Below are positions 38,982-49,107 of a stretch of 64,000 nt of DNA, piece by piece. Both the position numbers and the translations under genes were made by a program. Origin of the DNA: Trueperaceae bacterium. GTDB lineage: Bacteria > Deinococcota > Deinococci > Deinococcales > Trueperaceae. Position 1 is the stretch's first letter, and the number at the start of each line of letters is the position of its first letter. The DNA lies in assembly GCA_035703635.1 (NCBI GenBank), contig DASSXV010000010.1:32001-96000 (forward strand). The letters are read 5' to 3'. Below the pieces are notes generated by a model. The model made no database searches. It had not been told where the DNA came from and saw only the letters and a program-made list of their open reading frames with translations.

Positions 38982-39332
38982 ATGCCAAGAGCTAAGACCG
39001 GCGTAGTTCGCCGCCGCCGTCACCAGAAGATCCTCAAGCGCGCCAAGGGCTACTGGGGCTTGCGCTCCAAGAGCGTCCGCACCGCGCAGCAGACCCTCCT
39101 CAACGCGGCCGATTACGCGTACCGCGACCGCCGCGACAAGAAGGGGCAGTTCCGCCGCCTCTGGATCGCGCGCATCAACGCCGCTGCGCGCCAAGAGGGC
39201 GTCAGCTACTCGCGCTTCGTCGCTGGCCTGCGCAAAGCCGGCGTGCTACTCGACCGCAAGGTCCTCGCCGACCTCGCAACGCAAGAACCGACCGCCTTCA
39301 AGGCGTTGGTCGACGTGGCGCGCAAGGCCTGA
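38982..39332 (+). CDS. rplT: 50S ribosomal protein L20
   Basis: [38 protein letters not shown]. Confidence 0.97.
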   Translation: MPRAKTGVVRRRRHQKILKRAKGYWGLRSKSVRTAQQTLLNAADYAYRDRRDKKGQFRRLWIARINAAARQEGVSYSRFVAGLRKAGVLLDRKVLADLATQEPTAFKALVDVARKA

Positions 39333-39353
39333 GCGACAGACAGTCACAGCGTT

Positions 39354-39394
39354 CGCAAGCCGCCCGGGCCGTGTGGTCCGGGCGGCTTGCGTTT
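39354..39394 (+). terminator. Intrinsic terminator after rplT
   Basis: CGCAAGCCGCCCGGGCC-GTGT-GGTCCGGGCGGCTTGCG stem followed by TTT. Confidence 0.75.
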
Positions 39395-39448
39395 GCATCC
39401 GCACCGCACCCAGCTCCCGGCTTTCGCGGCTAACGGTATGATGTCGGG

Positions 39449-40114
39449 GTGAGCGCAACGGACGTCGTCTGGAACGAGGATGCCGCCGCTCAGCTCAGCC
39501 CAAGGGAGCGCCAGAAGGCCAACCGCCGCGCGCGCATCTTGGAGAGCGCGCTTGAGTTGATCGAGCAGCGCGGGCTGAAGGGCGCGACCTTCGAGCTCAT
39601 CGCGGAACGCTCCGGCGTGTCGCGCGGCACCGTTTTCAACTACTTCCCCAACAAGGAGAGCATGTTGGTGGCGCACTTCGCGCGCCAACTCGAGGCGCTG
39701 GGCCACCGCGTCGAAGCGCGCCGCGGCGCTGACAGCTTTGGTGGTCTCGCCGAGATCGCGTACCTCTTCGAGGAGCTAGCTGACTTCGTTGCCGCCCACC
39801 GCGAGCTCATCCTCCCGATCTCCTTCGAGCTACTGAGCCCGAACGAGGAGCGGTCGCGGGCCGCGTTCCGCGCTCTGCCGCTCGTCGACTTGCTAAGGAC
39901 CGCCCTCAAGCGCGCGCAAGCAGACGGCAACGTCAGGCGCGACTACTCTGCCGACCGCTTGGCGCGCACCCTGGCAAACGTGTTCTTCATCACCGCGTTG
40001 CAGTGGGCCGCCTACAGACAGGACCGCTCAGTACATGAAGAGTTCCGGCTGGCGTTGACGTTAGGCCTCGACGGGCTGCGCGTCACCGCGCAAGACGGAC
40101 AGCCAGCTAACTAG
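39449..40114 (+). CDS. TetR/AcrR transcriptional regulator
   Basis: RERQK...RILESA.EL...G...T...IA..SGVSRGTVFNYFPNKE; TATGAT-N6-GTG. Confidence 0.92.
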   Translation: MSATDVVWNEDAAAQLSPRERQKANRRARILESALELIEQRGLKGATFELIAERSGVSRGTVFNYFPNKESMLVAHFARQLEALGHRVEARRGADSFGGLAEIAYLFEELADFVAAHRELILPISFELLSPNEERSRAAFRALPLVDLLRTALKRAQADGNVRRDYSADRLARTLANVFFITALQWAAYRQDRSVHEEFRLALTLGLDGLRVTAQDGQPAN

Positions 40115-40190
40115 GTCCGTGCGCGGTACCCTTCACCGCCGCCGCCCCATGCGGCGACGCTGACGCGACCGGCCCTATATCCTTGACGGC

Positions 40191-41471
40191 ATGCGAGTCT
40201 TGAACAGTGCAGCCGCGGCCTTCGCCTGGTGCGAGGAGCGCATCGGCTCGAACCTTACTGACGCGGATACTTACGAGGGCGTTAGGGCCATCCTCAGCGA
40301 CGTGCGCCTGCGCGGCGACGCGGCCCTCCGTGACCACACCGCACGCTTCGACGGCGTCGAGCTAGACGACGTCATGGTGAGCGAAGACGAGCTGCATGCC
40401 GCCGAGAGCGAGCTGGACCCCGCGTTAGCTGCCGCGATCCGCCTGGCGGTGCGGCGGGTAGAGGAGTACTACCGCCGTCAATCCGAAGGTGGGTTCGTGC
40501 ACGCGGCAGGTGGCGAGATGCTTGGCCAACTCGTGCTGCCCTTGACGAGCGTTGGCTGTTACGTGCCTGGCGGTACGGCGCCCCTCTTCTCGAGCGTCAT
40601 CATGACGGCCGTGCCTGCCAAGGTCGCCGGGGTGGAACGCATCGTGATCGCCACCCCGCCGCAACCGCAAGGAGGCGTGCCAGCCGAAGTCCGCTACGCG
40701 GCGACGATGGTCGGCGCGCGCGAGGTCTTACGCGTGGGGGGCGCGCAGGCCATCGGGGCGCTCGCGTACGGCACGGCGAGCCTGGCGCGCGTTGACAAGG
40801 TAGTCGGCCCAGGTAACCGCTACGTGGTCGAGGCGAAGCGGCAGGTGTTCGGCGTGGTCGGCATCGAGGCCCTGCCCGGCCCGACGGAGACGCTCGTCGT
40901 GGCTGACGCGTCCGCCGCCGTCGCTCACGTGGTGGCAGACTTGCTCGCCCAGGCCGAGCATGCAGGCGCGACGCCCGTCCTCGTCACCCCTAGCTTCGCG
41001 CTGCTCGAAAGCGTGCTAGCCGCCCTCCCGAAGGCCAGTTCTGCCTTGCCAGACCCGCACACGGCCTCCGACTCGATCGCAAGGCGCGGCGTGGCCGTCC
41101 TCGTGGCCGACTTGGATGAGGCCATGGCCGTTGCCAACGCCTTCGCGCCAGAGCACCTCTGCCTGCTGGTAGAGGACCCGTGGTCGTTAGTCGCCAAAGT
41201 GCGTAACGCCGGGGGCCTGTTCCTCGGCGCCAACAGTTTGGAGGCGTTGGGCGATTACGTCGTGGGTCCGAGTCACGTCATGCCGACTGGCGCGACGGCG
41301 CGCTTCAGCTCGTTCCTCAACCTGCGTGACTTCCAGAAGGTCGTGCCGCTCTCGTTCCTCTCGGCCGCCACCGTGCAACGCATCGGACCAGCCGCCGTGC
41401 TGATGGCGCGAGCAGAGGGGCTCGAGGCCCACGCGCGTGCCATCGAAGCGCGCCTGCTAGCAGACGACTAG
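40191..41471 (+). CDS. hisD: Histidinol dehydrogenase
   Basis: GCYVPGG, GGAQAI, GPGN.YV, DLLAQAEH, APEHL, GDY..GPSHV.PT, EGL.AH. Confidence 0.95.
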   Translation: MRVLNSAAAAFAWCEERIGSNLTDADTYEGVRAILSDVRLRGDAALRDHTARFDGVELDDVMVSEDELHAAESELDPALAAAIRLAVRRVEEYYRRQSEGGFVHAAGGEMLGQLVLPLTSVGCYVPGGTAPLFSSVIMTAVPAKVAGVERIVIATPPQPQGGVPAEVRYAATMVGAREVLRVGGAQAIGALAYGTASLARVDKVVGPGNRYVVEAKRQVFGVVGIEALPGPTETLVVADASAAVAHVVADLLAQAEHAGATPVLVTPSFALLESVLAALPKASSALPDPHTASDSIARRGVAVLVADLDEAMAVANAFAPEHLCLLVEDPWSLVAKVRNAGGLFLGANSLEALGDYVVGPSHVMPTGATARFSSFLNLRDFQKVVPLSFLSAATVQRIGPAAVLMARAEGLEAHARAIEARLLADD

Positions 41472-41478
41472 GTGAGGG

Positions 41479-42099
41479 TCAGAGGAACGGGTTGCTAGCG
41501 GACTCCGCTGCGACGGTGGTAGCTCCCCCGTGGCCGGGCAGCACGCGCGTCGCGGGAGGCAGCGTCAGGAGTTCCCGCCTGATGCTGGCGAGCAACTCTT
41601 CGTGATCGCCGTACGGCAGGTCGGTGCGGCCGATCGAGTTGTGGAAGAGCGCGTCGCCTGAGAGGACGATGCCAGCGTCAGGTAGGTAGAAGGCGACGTG
41701 GCCAGGCGCGTGCCCTGGCGTGTGCAGGACAAGGGCACTTTTGTCGCCTGCCGTGACGGTCTCCCCGTGCGCCAGCGGCACGTAATCGAGCGGCGGCGCC
41801 TCTATCTCGAGCCCGAAGCGCGCGGCCGAAGCTACGGCGTTGCGTAGGAGTGGCTCGTCGGCTGGGTGCATGTGAACCGGCACCTCGCCAGCCGCACGCA
41901 AGAGCGCCGTTACGCCGCCAACGTGGTCGAAGTGCGCGTGGGTCAGCCACACGGCGTCGAGTCGCCACCCGCGCTCCGCTAGGACGGCGGCCAACGCCTC
42001 GCCGTCGGCTCCCGGGTCAACCACTACGGCGCGCCCAGCTGACGCCAACAAGTAGGCGTTCGCCCTGACCGGGCCAAGCGCTAGGGTCACTACCTCCAC
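41479..42099 (-). CDS. MBL-fold metallo-hydrolase (glyoxalase II-like)
   Basis: THAHFDHVGG, TPGHAPGH, SGDALF..SIGRTD, PGHG. Confidence 0.92.
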   Translation of the reverse strand: MEVVTLALGPVRANAYLLASAGRAVVVDPGADGEALAAVLAERGWRLDAVWLTHAHFDHVGGVTALLRAAGEVPVHMHPADEPLLRNAVASAARFGLEIEAPPLDYVPLAHGETVTAGDKSALVLHTPGHAPGHVAFYLPDAGIVLSGDALFHNSIGRTDLPYGDHEELLASIRRELLTLPPATRVLPGHGGATTVAAESASNPFL

Positions 42100-42791
42100 G
42101 TGCGCCCACCCCTCTCAACGCCGGTTCGCCTACGGTGGAGCAACGCCGTTGCGATGTCGCGGTACATGCGCAGGCGTACGCGCGCGCCGCGCCAGAATCC
42201 GCGCTTCTCCTCCTTCATGATGTGCGACACGCCCCCTAGTGCCACGTTCTCGCAGCGCCACGCCTGGCTGGAGGCGTGAAACGTGATGACGACCTCGACG
42301 CCGTAGCGGCTCTCGGCCAAGCCGTCGACGCTCAGGAGGGCAGTGCGCGCGAGCGCGCGCTGTCCGTTGAGTTGCGGCGTAACGTGCTGAGCAGTCGTGG
42401 TGGCCCAGCGTCCACCCGTGAAGCTGCCCCGTGTCATGTCGGCCCGGCCGACTGCGACAGGTTCTGCCAGCGCCTTGACGTGCTCTGGCCGCAACCCGAC
42501 CAGGTCGGCGTCGAGCATGACGACCACGTCGCCGTCGAGCGCGCTTGCCCCAGCGTGCAACGCCCCGCCCTTGCCGCGGTTCACTGGCAGCGTGATCACC
42601 TCGGCGCCAGCGTCGGCGGCCGCTTGGCTCGTGCCGTCCTTAGAGCCGTCGTCTACGACGAGTACGCGCCCGAGCCCAGCGGCAAGCGCCGCCTTGACGA
42701 CGGCGCCGACGTTGGGAGCCTCATCGAACGCGGGTATGAGGACGTCGATGCGCTTGCCTAAGGTCGAGCTGCTTGGCGCCGACTCGGTCAC
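42090..42791 (-). CDS. Family 2 glycosyltransferase
   Basis: IPAFDE, VVDDGS.D.T, NRGKG, DADL. Confidence 0.88.
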   Translation of the reverse strand: MTESAPSSSTLGKRIDVLIPAFDEAPNVGAVVKAALAAGLGRVLVVDDGSKDGTSQAAADAGAEVITLPVNRGKGGALHAGASALDGDVVVMLDADLVGLRPEHVKALAEPVAVGRADMTRGSFTGGRWATTTAQHVTPQLNGQRALARTALLSVDGLAESRYGVEVVITFHASSQAWRCENVALGGVSHIMKEEKRGFWRGARVRLRMYRDIATALLHRRRTGVERGGRTWR

Positions 42792-43861
42792 GACGTGAAG
42801 AGCGCGCTCAGTTCGCGGAACGTGATCAGGACGATCAGTCCCATCACGAGCATGACGCCCGCGAAGTGGAACTTCTCCTCCTGACCTGGCTTGAACGGCC
42901 TGCCTCTGATGGCGACCACGGTGGCGAGGAGCATGCGGCCGCCGTCCAACCCCGGGATGGGCAGCAGGTTGAAGACGCCAAGCGAGAAGTTGATGACGGC
43001 GGCAAGGAGGAGCACGCTGGCGACCCCGACCTGAGTGGCCTGCGACACGAGCGTCACCATGCCGACGGGGCCCGCCACTTCCGCGTTCGGCGCACCCGTA
43101 ACTGCCGCGCCGAAGCCGGAAACGAAGCCTTTGACCATCTCAGGCACTACGCGAATGCCGAACGCCGCTGACTCACCAAGCGCGGTGAGGAACGAGACGG
43201 GCGGCAGGATGGCGCCGATCTCGATGCCAAGCAGGGGCGGTGATTCCTTGGCGCCCAGCGGCCACGGCGTCGAGACCGTCACCTGCTGTGAGCCGCGCTG
43301 CAGCACCATGTCGAGGTGGTCTGCCCCTTGAACTTGCGCGATGACGGCCTCGGGCGTTGGGTCGTCCTGGCCGTTGAGCGCGATGATGCGGTCGCCGTTC
43401 AGGAGCCCGAGGTGCTCGGCGTTCGAGTCTGGCACCACGCGGGCGACCACAGAACCCTGCGGAACGACGGTGGCGCCCGTGATCTCCCTGAACCCAGGCT
43501 GCATGGTGATGGCGCCGGCCAACAGCAGGCTGCCGAGCACGTAGTTGGCGATGACGCCGCCGACCAACACCCACAACTTCGGCAGGAGACGGAGTTTGGC
43601 CATGCCCTCGTCTGGGTGGTGCATGGTGCCGTCGTCGTCGACGCGCGGGCCCATGCCGGGCAAGTCGACGTACCCGCCTAGCGGCAGGAGGCTAAGGCGC
43701 CACTCGGTGCCGCGCCACTTGACGCGCGCCAGTACCGGCCCGATGCCGACGCTGAACGCGCGAACGGCGACCCCGACGCTGCGGGCATTGAAGAAGTGCG
43801 CCAGTTCGTGAACGACGACGGCGCTCGTGAGGATCAGGGCGAAGGTAAGTGCAGTCAGCAT
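42788..43861 (-). CDS. rseP: RseP-like M50 intramembrane metalloprotease with PDZ domain
   Basis: HELAH, FSVG.GP, PLGGYV, GGVIAN, PDZ, GPVG, NLLPIPGLDGG. Confidence 0.88.
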   Translation of the reverse strand: MLTALTFALILTSAVVVHELAHFFNARSVGVAVRAFSVGIGPVLARVKWRGTEWRLSLLPLGGYVDLPGMGPRVDDDGTMHHPDEGMAKLRLLPKLWVLVGGVIANYVLGSLLLAGAITMQPGFREITGATVVPQGSVVARVVPDSNAEHLGLLNGDRIIALNGQDDPTPEAVIAQVQGADHLDMVLQRGSQQVTVSTPWPLGAKESPPLLGIEIGAILPPVSFLTALGESAAFGIRVVPEMVKGFVSGFGAAVTGAPNAEVAGPVGMVTLVSQATQVGVASVLLLAAVINFSLGVFNLLPIPGLDGGRMLLATVVAIRGRPFKPGQEEKFHFAGVMLVMGLIVLITFRELSALFTS

Positions 43862-43950
43862 GCTATCTGGTGGCTCCTACGGTGGCGGTCCTTTGCGAGG
43901 CGCCTGGCCGCGCCTACTGTTAGCTTGCTTGCTCCCACTGGTCAAGTATG

Positions 43951-45192
43951 TCAGACGCGGTGGCCTTGATCGGCATCGTGGGGGCTGGTTAGTTGCCTAA
44001 CGAGGTCCGTCTTGCTGAGCAGGCCGATGACCTTGCCGCCGCCGTCCACCACGACGAGGCGGCCAAGGCGCCCTTGCGCGATGCGCTTGAGCGCGTCCAT
44101 GGCGCTGACTTCTGGGAGGATGGTCTCCGCCTGCTCGAGTATGTCTGCGACCGTTGCGTTCGGATCTATCTCAGCGAGCTCTGTTTCTGTGGCGCTCGGC
44201 GCCTGATCGCCCTGCGGTTCCGCCCTCCCGAACAGCCCGCCACCTTGCTCCTCGCGCGCCTGGCTGCCGTCCGGCCTGCGCTTGGCAGCGGCGAGACGCG
44301 CGAAGCCGAGCAGCTTTTCATCAGGGTCGACCACCGGGTAGCCCGTGTGGGGGCGAAAGTGGATGAGCTGCATGAACTGCGTGAGGTGCATCTCTGGGGT
44401 AACGGTGATCGGATCGCGGGTCATGAGGTCCGCGACGGTCTTGCCCTCGAACGCCCTGTTGAGGGTCGTTGCCTGCCCCTCGATGCGACCCGCGTTGTAG
44501 ATGAAGAAGGCGATCACGACGAGCCACAACTGCAAGGTGAAGAAGCCGTAGAGACCCAAGAGCACGGCCATGAAGCCGCTGATGGTGACGGCCGTCAGCG
44601 TGGCGCGGTCCTGTGGCATGAAGAGCGCGAGCAGGCTGCGTAACACGCGTCCGCCGTCCAACGGGATGGCGGGGATGAGGTTGAAGACGGCGAGCGCCAC
44701 GTTCGTCACACCGAGGTAGCCGACGACCATGAAGGCGAAACCTGACCCGGCCAGGCTCGGCGCTAACCACAGTAGGAGGAAACCTATGAGGAAGCTGATG
44801 ATCGGCCCGACGATGGCTACGACGGCCTCCGCCCCGCGCTGCTTCGGCATGTCGTCGAACTGGGCGACGCCGCCGAGGAACCACAGGCGGATCTCGTGAA
44901 CGGCTACGCCGTAGCGCCGTGCCACGAGGGCGTGCCCTAACTCGTGAACGACGACGCTAGCGAAGAGCCCGATGGCGCCAGTCAGTCCGACGAGCCAGGG
45001 CGTTACGCCCGTCGTCAAGCTGGTGACGTCCACGCTGATGTTCATCGCTGACTTGAGCAGTTGCGCGTACGCGCTGAGTTGACTGCCGATGAGGTAGGCG
45101 AACAGTGGCAGAACGAGGAGGAAGCTGTAGTCGAGCCTCACTGGGATGCCGGCCAGCTTGAAAGGCAACTTGACTCCGCCTGAGCCGCCCAC
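43951..45192 (-). CDS. Site-2 protease (M50B) with CBS domains
   Basis: HELGH, GGVA, AIVGP, FNLIPAIPLDGGR, C-terminal CBS pair; start uncertain. Confidence 0.9.
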   Translation of the reverse strand: MGGSGGVKLPFKLAGIPVRLDYSFLLVLPLFAYLIGSQLSAYAQLLKSAMNISVDVTSLTTGVTPWLVGLTGAIGLFASVVVHELGHALVARRYGVAVHEIRLWFLGGVAQFDDMPKQRGAEAVVAIVGPIISFLIGFLLLWLAPSLAGSGFAFMVVGYLGVTNVALAVFNLIPAIPLDGGRVLRSLLALFMPQDRATLTAVTISGFMAVLLGLYGFFTLQLWLVVIAFFIYNAGRIEGQATTLNRAFEGKTVADLMTRDPITVTPEMHLTQFMQLIHFRPHTGYPVVDPDEKLLGFARLAAAKRRPDGSQAREEQGGGLFGRAEPQGDQAPSATETELAEIDPNATVADILEQAETILPEVSAMDALKRIAQGRLGRLVVVDGGGKVIGLLSKTDLVRQLTSPHDADQGHRV

Positions 45193-45194
45193 GA

Positions 45195-46328
45195 CTAGCT
45201 CGCCACCAGCAGCGCGTGGCGCTTGGCCATGCGCCTGGCCTCGAGGTCGGCGGCGTGGATGTTGTCCCAGGTGAGTGCGGCGCTTGGTGCTGCCTGCAGG
45301 ACGCTAGCCAGCACGTTCGCGATGCCGTCGAACGCTAGTCGCCCCGCGAGGAAGGCGGCAACGGCCACCTCGTCCGCTGCGTTCAAGTACGCGGGGGCGA
45401 CCCCGCCCGCTGCGCCCGCCGCGTACGCCAACCGCAGGCTAGGGAAGCGCTGGTGGTCTGGCTCCTCGAACGTCCAATCACCGCGTAACGGCAGGGGAGG
45501 GAGGGGTGTGGACGGGCGCCGCGAACCAGTTACCGCGTACTGGATGGGCAGGCGCATGTCGTGTGGCCCGACCGCGGCCTTGATGTTGCCGTCCCTGAAC
45601 CTAACGAGGCCGTGCACGAGCGACTGCGGGTGCACGACGACCTCGATGCGGTCCAGTGGGAGCTCGAAGAGGTAGTGCGCCTCGAGGACCTCGAGGCCCT
45701 TGTTGAAGAGGGTGGCCGAGTCAACGGTGACCTTCGGCCCCATGCTCCAGTTCGGATGCGCGAGGGCCTGCTCCGGCGTAACGCGCGACAGGTCGGCCGG
45801 CCCCTCGCGGAACGGCCCACCCGACGCCGTCAGCACGAGGGCCGAGACCTCGTCCACGTCCTCGCCCACCAGGCATTGGTAGAGGGCGGAGTGCTCGGAG
45901 TCTACGGGCGTGATGCGGGCGCCGTGCTCGCGCGCGAGCTGCCACATGAGCGGGCCAGCCACGACCATGGCTTCCTTGTTGGCGAGGGCCACGTGACGCC
46001 CGGCGCGCAAGGCCGCGGCCGTGGGCGCGAGGCCAGCGATCCCTGGAACGGCCGCGACGACGACGTCGGCCTCTGCCGTAGCCACTTCCTCCAACCCAGC
46101 GGCGCCAACGACCAGGCGCGTGCCAGATGGCAGGTTGTCGCGCACCTCCGCTGCCACCGCCTCATGGCACGCCACTATCTTGGGTTTCAGCTCGTGAGCT
46201 TGCCTGACCAACAAGGCGGCGTTGCGACCAGCAGCCAACGCCACCACCTTCAGGCCGTGCCAGCGCGCCACGTCGATGGTCTGCACGCCGATCGAACCCG
46301 TGGAACCGAGTATGGCCAAGCGCTCCAT
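45195..46328 (-). CDS. dxr: 1-deoxy-D-xylulose-5-phosphate reductoisomerase
   Basis: LGSTGSIG, LANKE, PVDSEH, LTASGGPF, HPNWSMG.K.TVDSAT..NKGLE. Confidence 0.97.
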   Translation of the reverse strand: MERLAILGSTGSIGVQTIDVARWHGLKVVALAAGRNAALLVRQAHELKPKIVACHEAVAAEVRDNLPSGTRLVVGAAGLEEVATAEADVVVAAVPGIAGLAPTAAALRAGRHVALANKEAMVVAGPLMWQLAREHGARITPVDSEHSALYQCLVGEDVDEVSALVLTASGGPFREGPADLSRVTPEQALAHPNWSMGPKVTVDSATLFNKGLEVLEAHYLFELPLDRIEVVVHPQSLVHGLVRFRDGNIKAAVGPHDMRLPIQYAVTGSRRPSTPLPPLPLRGDWTFEEPDHQRFPSLRLAYAAGAAGGVAPAYLNAADEVAVAAFLAGRLAFDGIANVLASVLQAAPSAALTWDNIHAADLEARRMAKRHALLVAS

Positions 46329-46418
46329 CCGGGCATCATGGCATGCAGGAAAGGGGTTTCATGCTTACGTGGGACAGCGCGGTGTTAGCATCGGGGTAAA
46401 GCCAAGGAGGAGCAAAGG

Positions 46419-47048
46419 ATGCTTGTTCGCGAGTGGATGACACCCGACCCGCAAACGGTGAGCGCGGATACGCCCGTGATGGAGGCCATGCAGCGCCTGC
46501 GAGAGGGCGGTTACAGGCGCCTCCCAGTCACGCGTGACGGCAGGTTGATAGGCATCGTCACGGACCGCGACCTCAAAGAGGCGACACCGTCCAAAGCTAC
46601 GACCCTCTCGATATACGAACTCAACTACCTGTTGAGCAAACTGCGCGTGAAAGACGTGATGAAGTCGCCAGTCATCACCGTGCGCGCCGAGGACCCCATC
46701 GAGCAGGCAGCACTACTAATGGAAGAACACCGCGTCTCCGGCCTGCCTGTCTTGGATGGCAACGAGCTAGCCGGCATCTTGACGATCACCGACCTCATGC
46801 GTGCGCTCGTCTCCTTCCTTGCACTGCGCGAGGGCGGCACCCGCGTGACGGTCGAGCTGCCGGACGAACCGGGCGTCCTCGCGAAGGTGGCGGAGCAAGG
46901 CGCGCCTTCCAACATCGTGGCGGCCGTGACGACCGGCATCCAGCCCGGCCACAAGCGCCGCCTCGTGCTGCGCGTGGCAGGCGACGGGGCACAAGGGTTC
47001 CCCGAGCGCCTCAAGGCCGCGGGGATAGAGGTCGTTGACGTCCGCTGA
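46419..47048 (+). CDS. CBS + ACT domain protein (AcuB-like)
   Basis: CBS pair, PSKATTLSIYELNYLL, D.PGVLA ACT motif; AAGGAGG SD. Confidence 0.88.
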   Translation: MLVREWMTPDPQTVSADTPVMEAMQRLREGGYRRLPVTRDGRLIGIVTDRDLKEATPSKATTLSIYELNYLLSKLRVKDVMKSPVITVRAEDPIEQAALLMEEHRVSGLPVLDGNELAGILTITDLMRALVSFLALREGGTRVTVELPDEPGVLAKVAEQGAPSNIVAAVTTGIQPGHKRRLVLRVAGDGAQGFPERLKAAGIEVVDVR

Positions 47049-47763
47049 GGGCCGTAGCCAACCAGAGCCGCCTGCTACTGCGGCTTCGTTGGCTAAGCAG
47101 GCGGCGGGTGGGCGCGTCGCGTTCAGTGATTTCCTCGAGCCAGAGGCCGCCGACGCCCTGATGGCGGAGGTCAGGACTCACGGCGTGAGGGCTAGTGCCT
47201 GGGGCGGCTACCCGGGGGCTAGGCGACGTGTCGTATGCGCGTTGCCTGACTCCGTGCCGGAGGCAACAGCGCTGCTCACCGCCCTCTACGTCGAGGGCGA
47301 CGTGGACCCTGATAACTTGCGCGCCGCCGCCCAACGGGTCGTCGGCGCTGGCAGGCTCGGTGACGCCACCTCTCACCAGGACGGAGCCAGCATCGTCGTC
47401 CTCGGGGCGCTGCCACCAGAGTTGGAGGGGCTGCTCAGCGTGGCAGGCGTGCCCGTCAGCGCGAGTGAGGCGCGCGTCGAGTTGGCGTTCGGAGGCAACA
47501 GCAAGACCCAGTCGGCCGTCGTGCCATCCCTGCGCGTCGACGTGCTCGGCGCGCGAGCGTTCGGGGTGTCGCGCGCTTACTTCGCCAAGGGCGTTGCTGC
47601 TGGGCGCGTGACCGTCAACGGGCGCCCGGCGGGCAAAGCCGCTAGCGCGGCGGTCGGCGACGAGGTCTACGCCGCCGGGTTAGGGCGCTTCAACGTCGCC
47701 AAGGTCGAGGGCGAAACGCGGAGGGGCAACCTGCGAGTGACCCTGACCGTCGAGCGCGGCTGA
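47035..47763 (+). CDS. YlmH-like S4-domain RNA-binding protein
   Basis: DFL.P, GGYP.A.R, SLRVD......GVSR, G.V.VNG, GLGRF; start uncertain. Confidence 0.8.
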   Translation: MTSAEGRSQPEPPATAASLAKQAAGGRVAFSDFLEPEAADALMAEVRTHGVRASAWGGYPGARRRVVCALPDSVPEATALLTALYVEGDVDPDNLRAAAQRVVGAGRLGDATSHQDGASIVVLGALPPELEGLLSVAGVPVSASEARVELAFGGNSKTQSAVVPSLRVDVLGARAFGVSRAYFAKGVAAGRVTVNGRPAGKAASAAVGDEVYAAGLGRFNVAKVEGETRRGNLRVTLTVERG

Positions 47764-47781
47764 ACCAGCAGCCGCGCCTCC

Positions 47782-49107
47782 TCAAACGCGGACTTTCTTC
47801 TTGCCGCCGCTGCGCTCCTTGAACACCATCCTGATCGGCACCTCCGCGAAGCCGACGTCCTCGCGGATGCGGTTGCGCAAGTAATGCTCGTACGGCCTGG
47901 TCAGCAGTGACTCGCTGTTGATGGAGAAGACGAAGGTTGGCGGTGCGACGTCGACCTGACTGACGTAGAGCAGCTTGAGCGGCCTGCCTGAGAAGTTCGG
48001 GGGCGTCTGCCGCGCAGTCCAGACGTCGAGCCAACCGTTCAACTCGGAAGTGCCAACGCGCATGTGCGCCGTGTCGTAGAGGCGCACGGCAGTAGCCAAC
48101 AACTCGTGGAGGCCGAAGTCGGTCAAGGCGCTCGTGTACACGCGCGGCGCGAACGCCAGGTGCGCGAGCTGCTGGTCCAAGCGTTCGCGGAACGGCTCGA
48201 GCTGTTCGTCGGCCACCAGGTCCCACTTGTTGACGGCGACGGCGACCGGCTTGCCCCACTCGAGGGCGAGGTTAGCGAGGCGCAGCTCGTGATCTCCGAG
48301 CTCGAACGGATCGACCACCAAGATCGCAACGTCCGCTCGCCGCAACGCCATCTCACCGCGGATCCTCGCGTAGTACTCGAGGTCGCCGACGTCCTTGCGG
48401 GCCATGCCCGCCGTGTCTATCAGCACGAACGGCCGCCCGCCGAACTCGAAGTGCACGTCCACAGGATCGCGGGTGGTGCCTGGCAAGTCGGCTACGATGA
48501 CGCGCTCGTCGCCGACCAGTGCGTTGACGATGCTCGACTTGCCTACGTTCGGCCGTCCGATGATGGCGATCTTGACCGCGTTCTCCTCGACCTCTTCAGC
48601 GGCGTCACCCATCAGCTCGGCGATGTGGTGGACGAGCTCATGGGTGCCGATAGCGTGCTCGGCCGCCGTGACGAACGGCTCCCCGAACCCGAGCGCGTAG
48701 AGCTCGAAGAACTCGCCAGCTTCCGCGTGACGCGGGTCGTCGACCTTGGTGGCTACGAGGAGGACGTTCTTGCTCTTCGTGCGCAACCACTCTGCGACCT
48801 CGTGGTCGGCGCTGACGACGCCAGCGCGACCGTCGACGCAGAGCAGCACTAGATCGACCCCGACGAGGGCTGCCTCCACACGGCCCTTGATCGCCGCTTC
48901 CCAGCGGTCGCCGGACCATAGCCCGCCGGTATCGAACAGGCGGAAGGTGCGCCCGTCGTCCGTGGCGACCTGGCCCTCCTTGACGTCGCGGGTAACACCC
49001 GGGACGTCAGCGACGATCGCCTCCCTCCGGCCGACTAAGCGGTTGAAGAGACTCGACTTGCCGACGTTAGGTCTGCCAACTATGGCGACGCTATACAAGT
49101 ACCGCAC
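47782..49107 (-). CDS. der: Ribosome biogenesis GTPase Der
   Basis: Two GRPNVGKS G-domains, DTGG/DTAG, PPTFV, C-terminal KH-like domain; alternative TTG start at 49098. Confidence 0.96.
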   Translation of the reverse strand: MRYLYSVAIVGRPNVGKSSLFNRLVGRREAIVADVPGVTRDVKEGQVATDDGRTFRLFDTGGLWSGDRWEAAIKGRVEAALVGVDLVLLCVDGRAGVVSADHEVAEWLRTKSKNVLLVATKVDDPRHAEAGEFFELYALGFGEPFVTAAEHAIGTHELVHHIAELMGDAAEEVEENAVKIAIIGRPNVGKSSIVNALVGDERVIVADLPGTTRDPVDVHFEFGGRPFVLIDTAGMARKDVGDLEYYARIRGEMALRRADVAILVVDPFELGDHELRLANLALEWGKPVAVAVNKWDLVADEQLEPFRERLDQQLAHLAFAPRVYTSALTDFGLHELLATAVRLYDTAHMRVGTSELNGWLDVWTARQTPPNFSGRPLKLLYVSQVDVAPPTFVFSINSESLLTRPYEHYLRNRIREDVGFAEVPIRMVFKERSGGKKKVRV

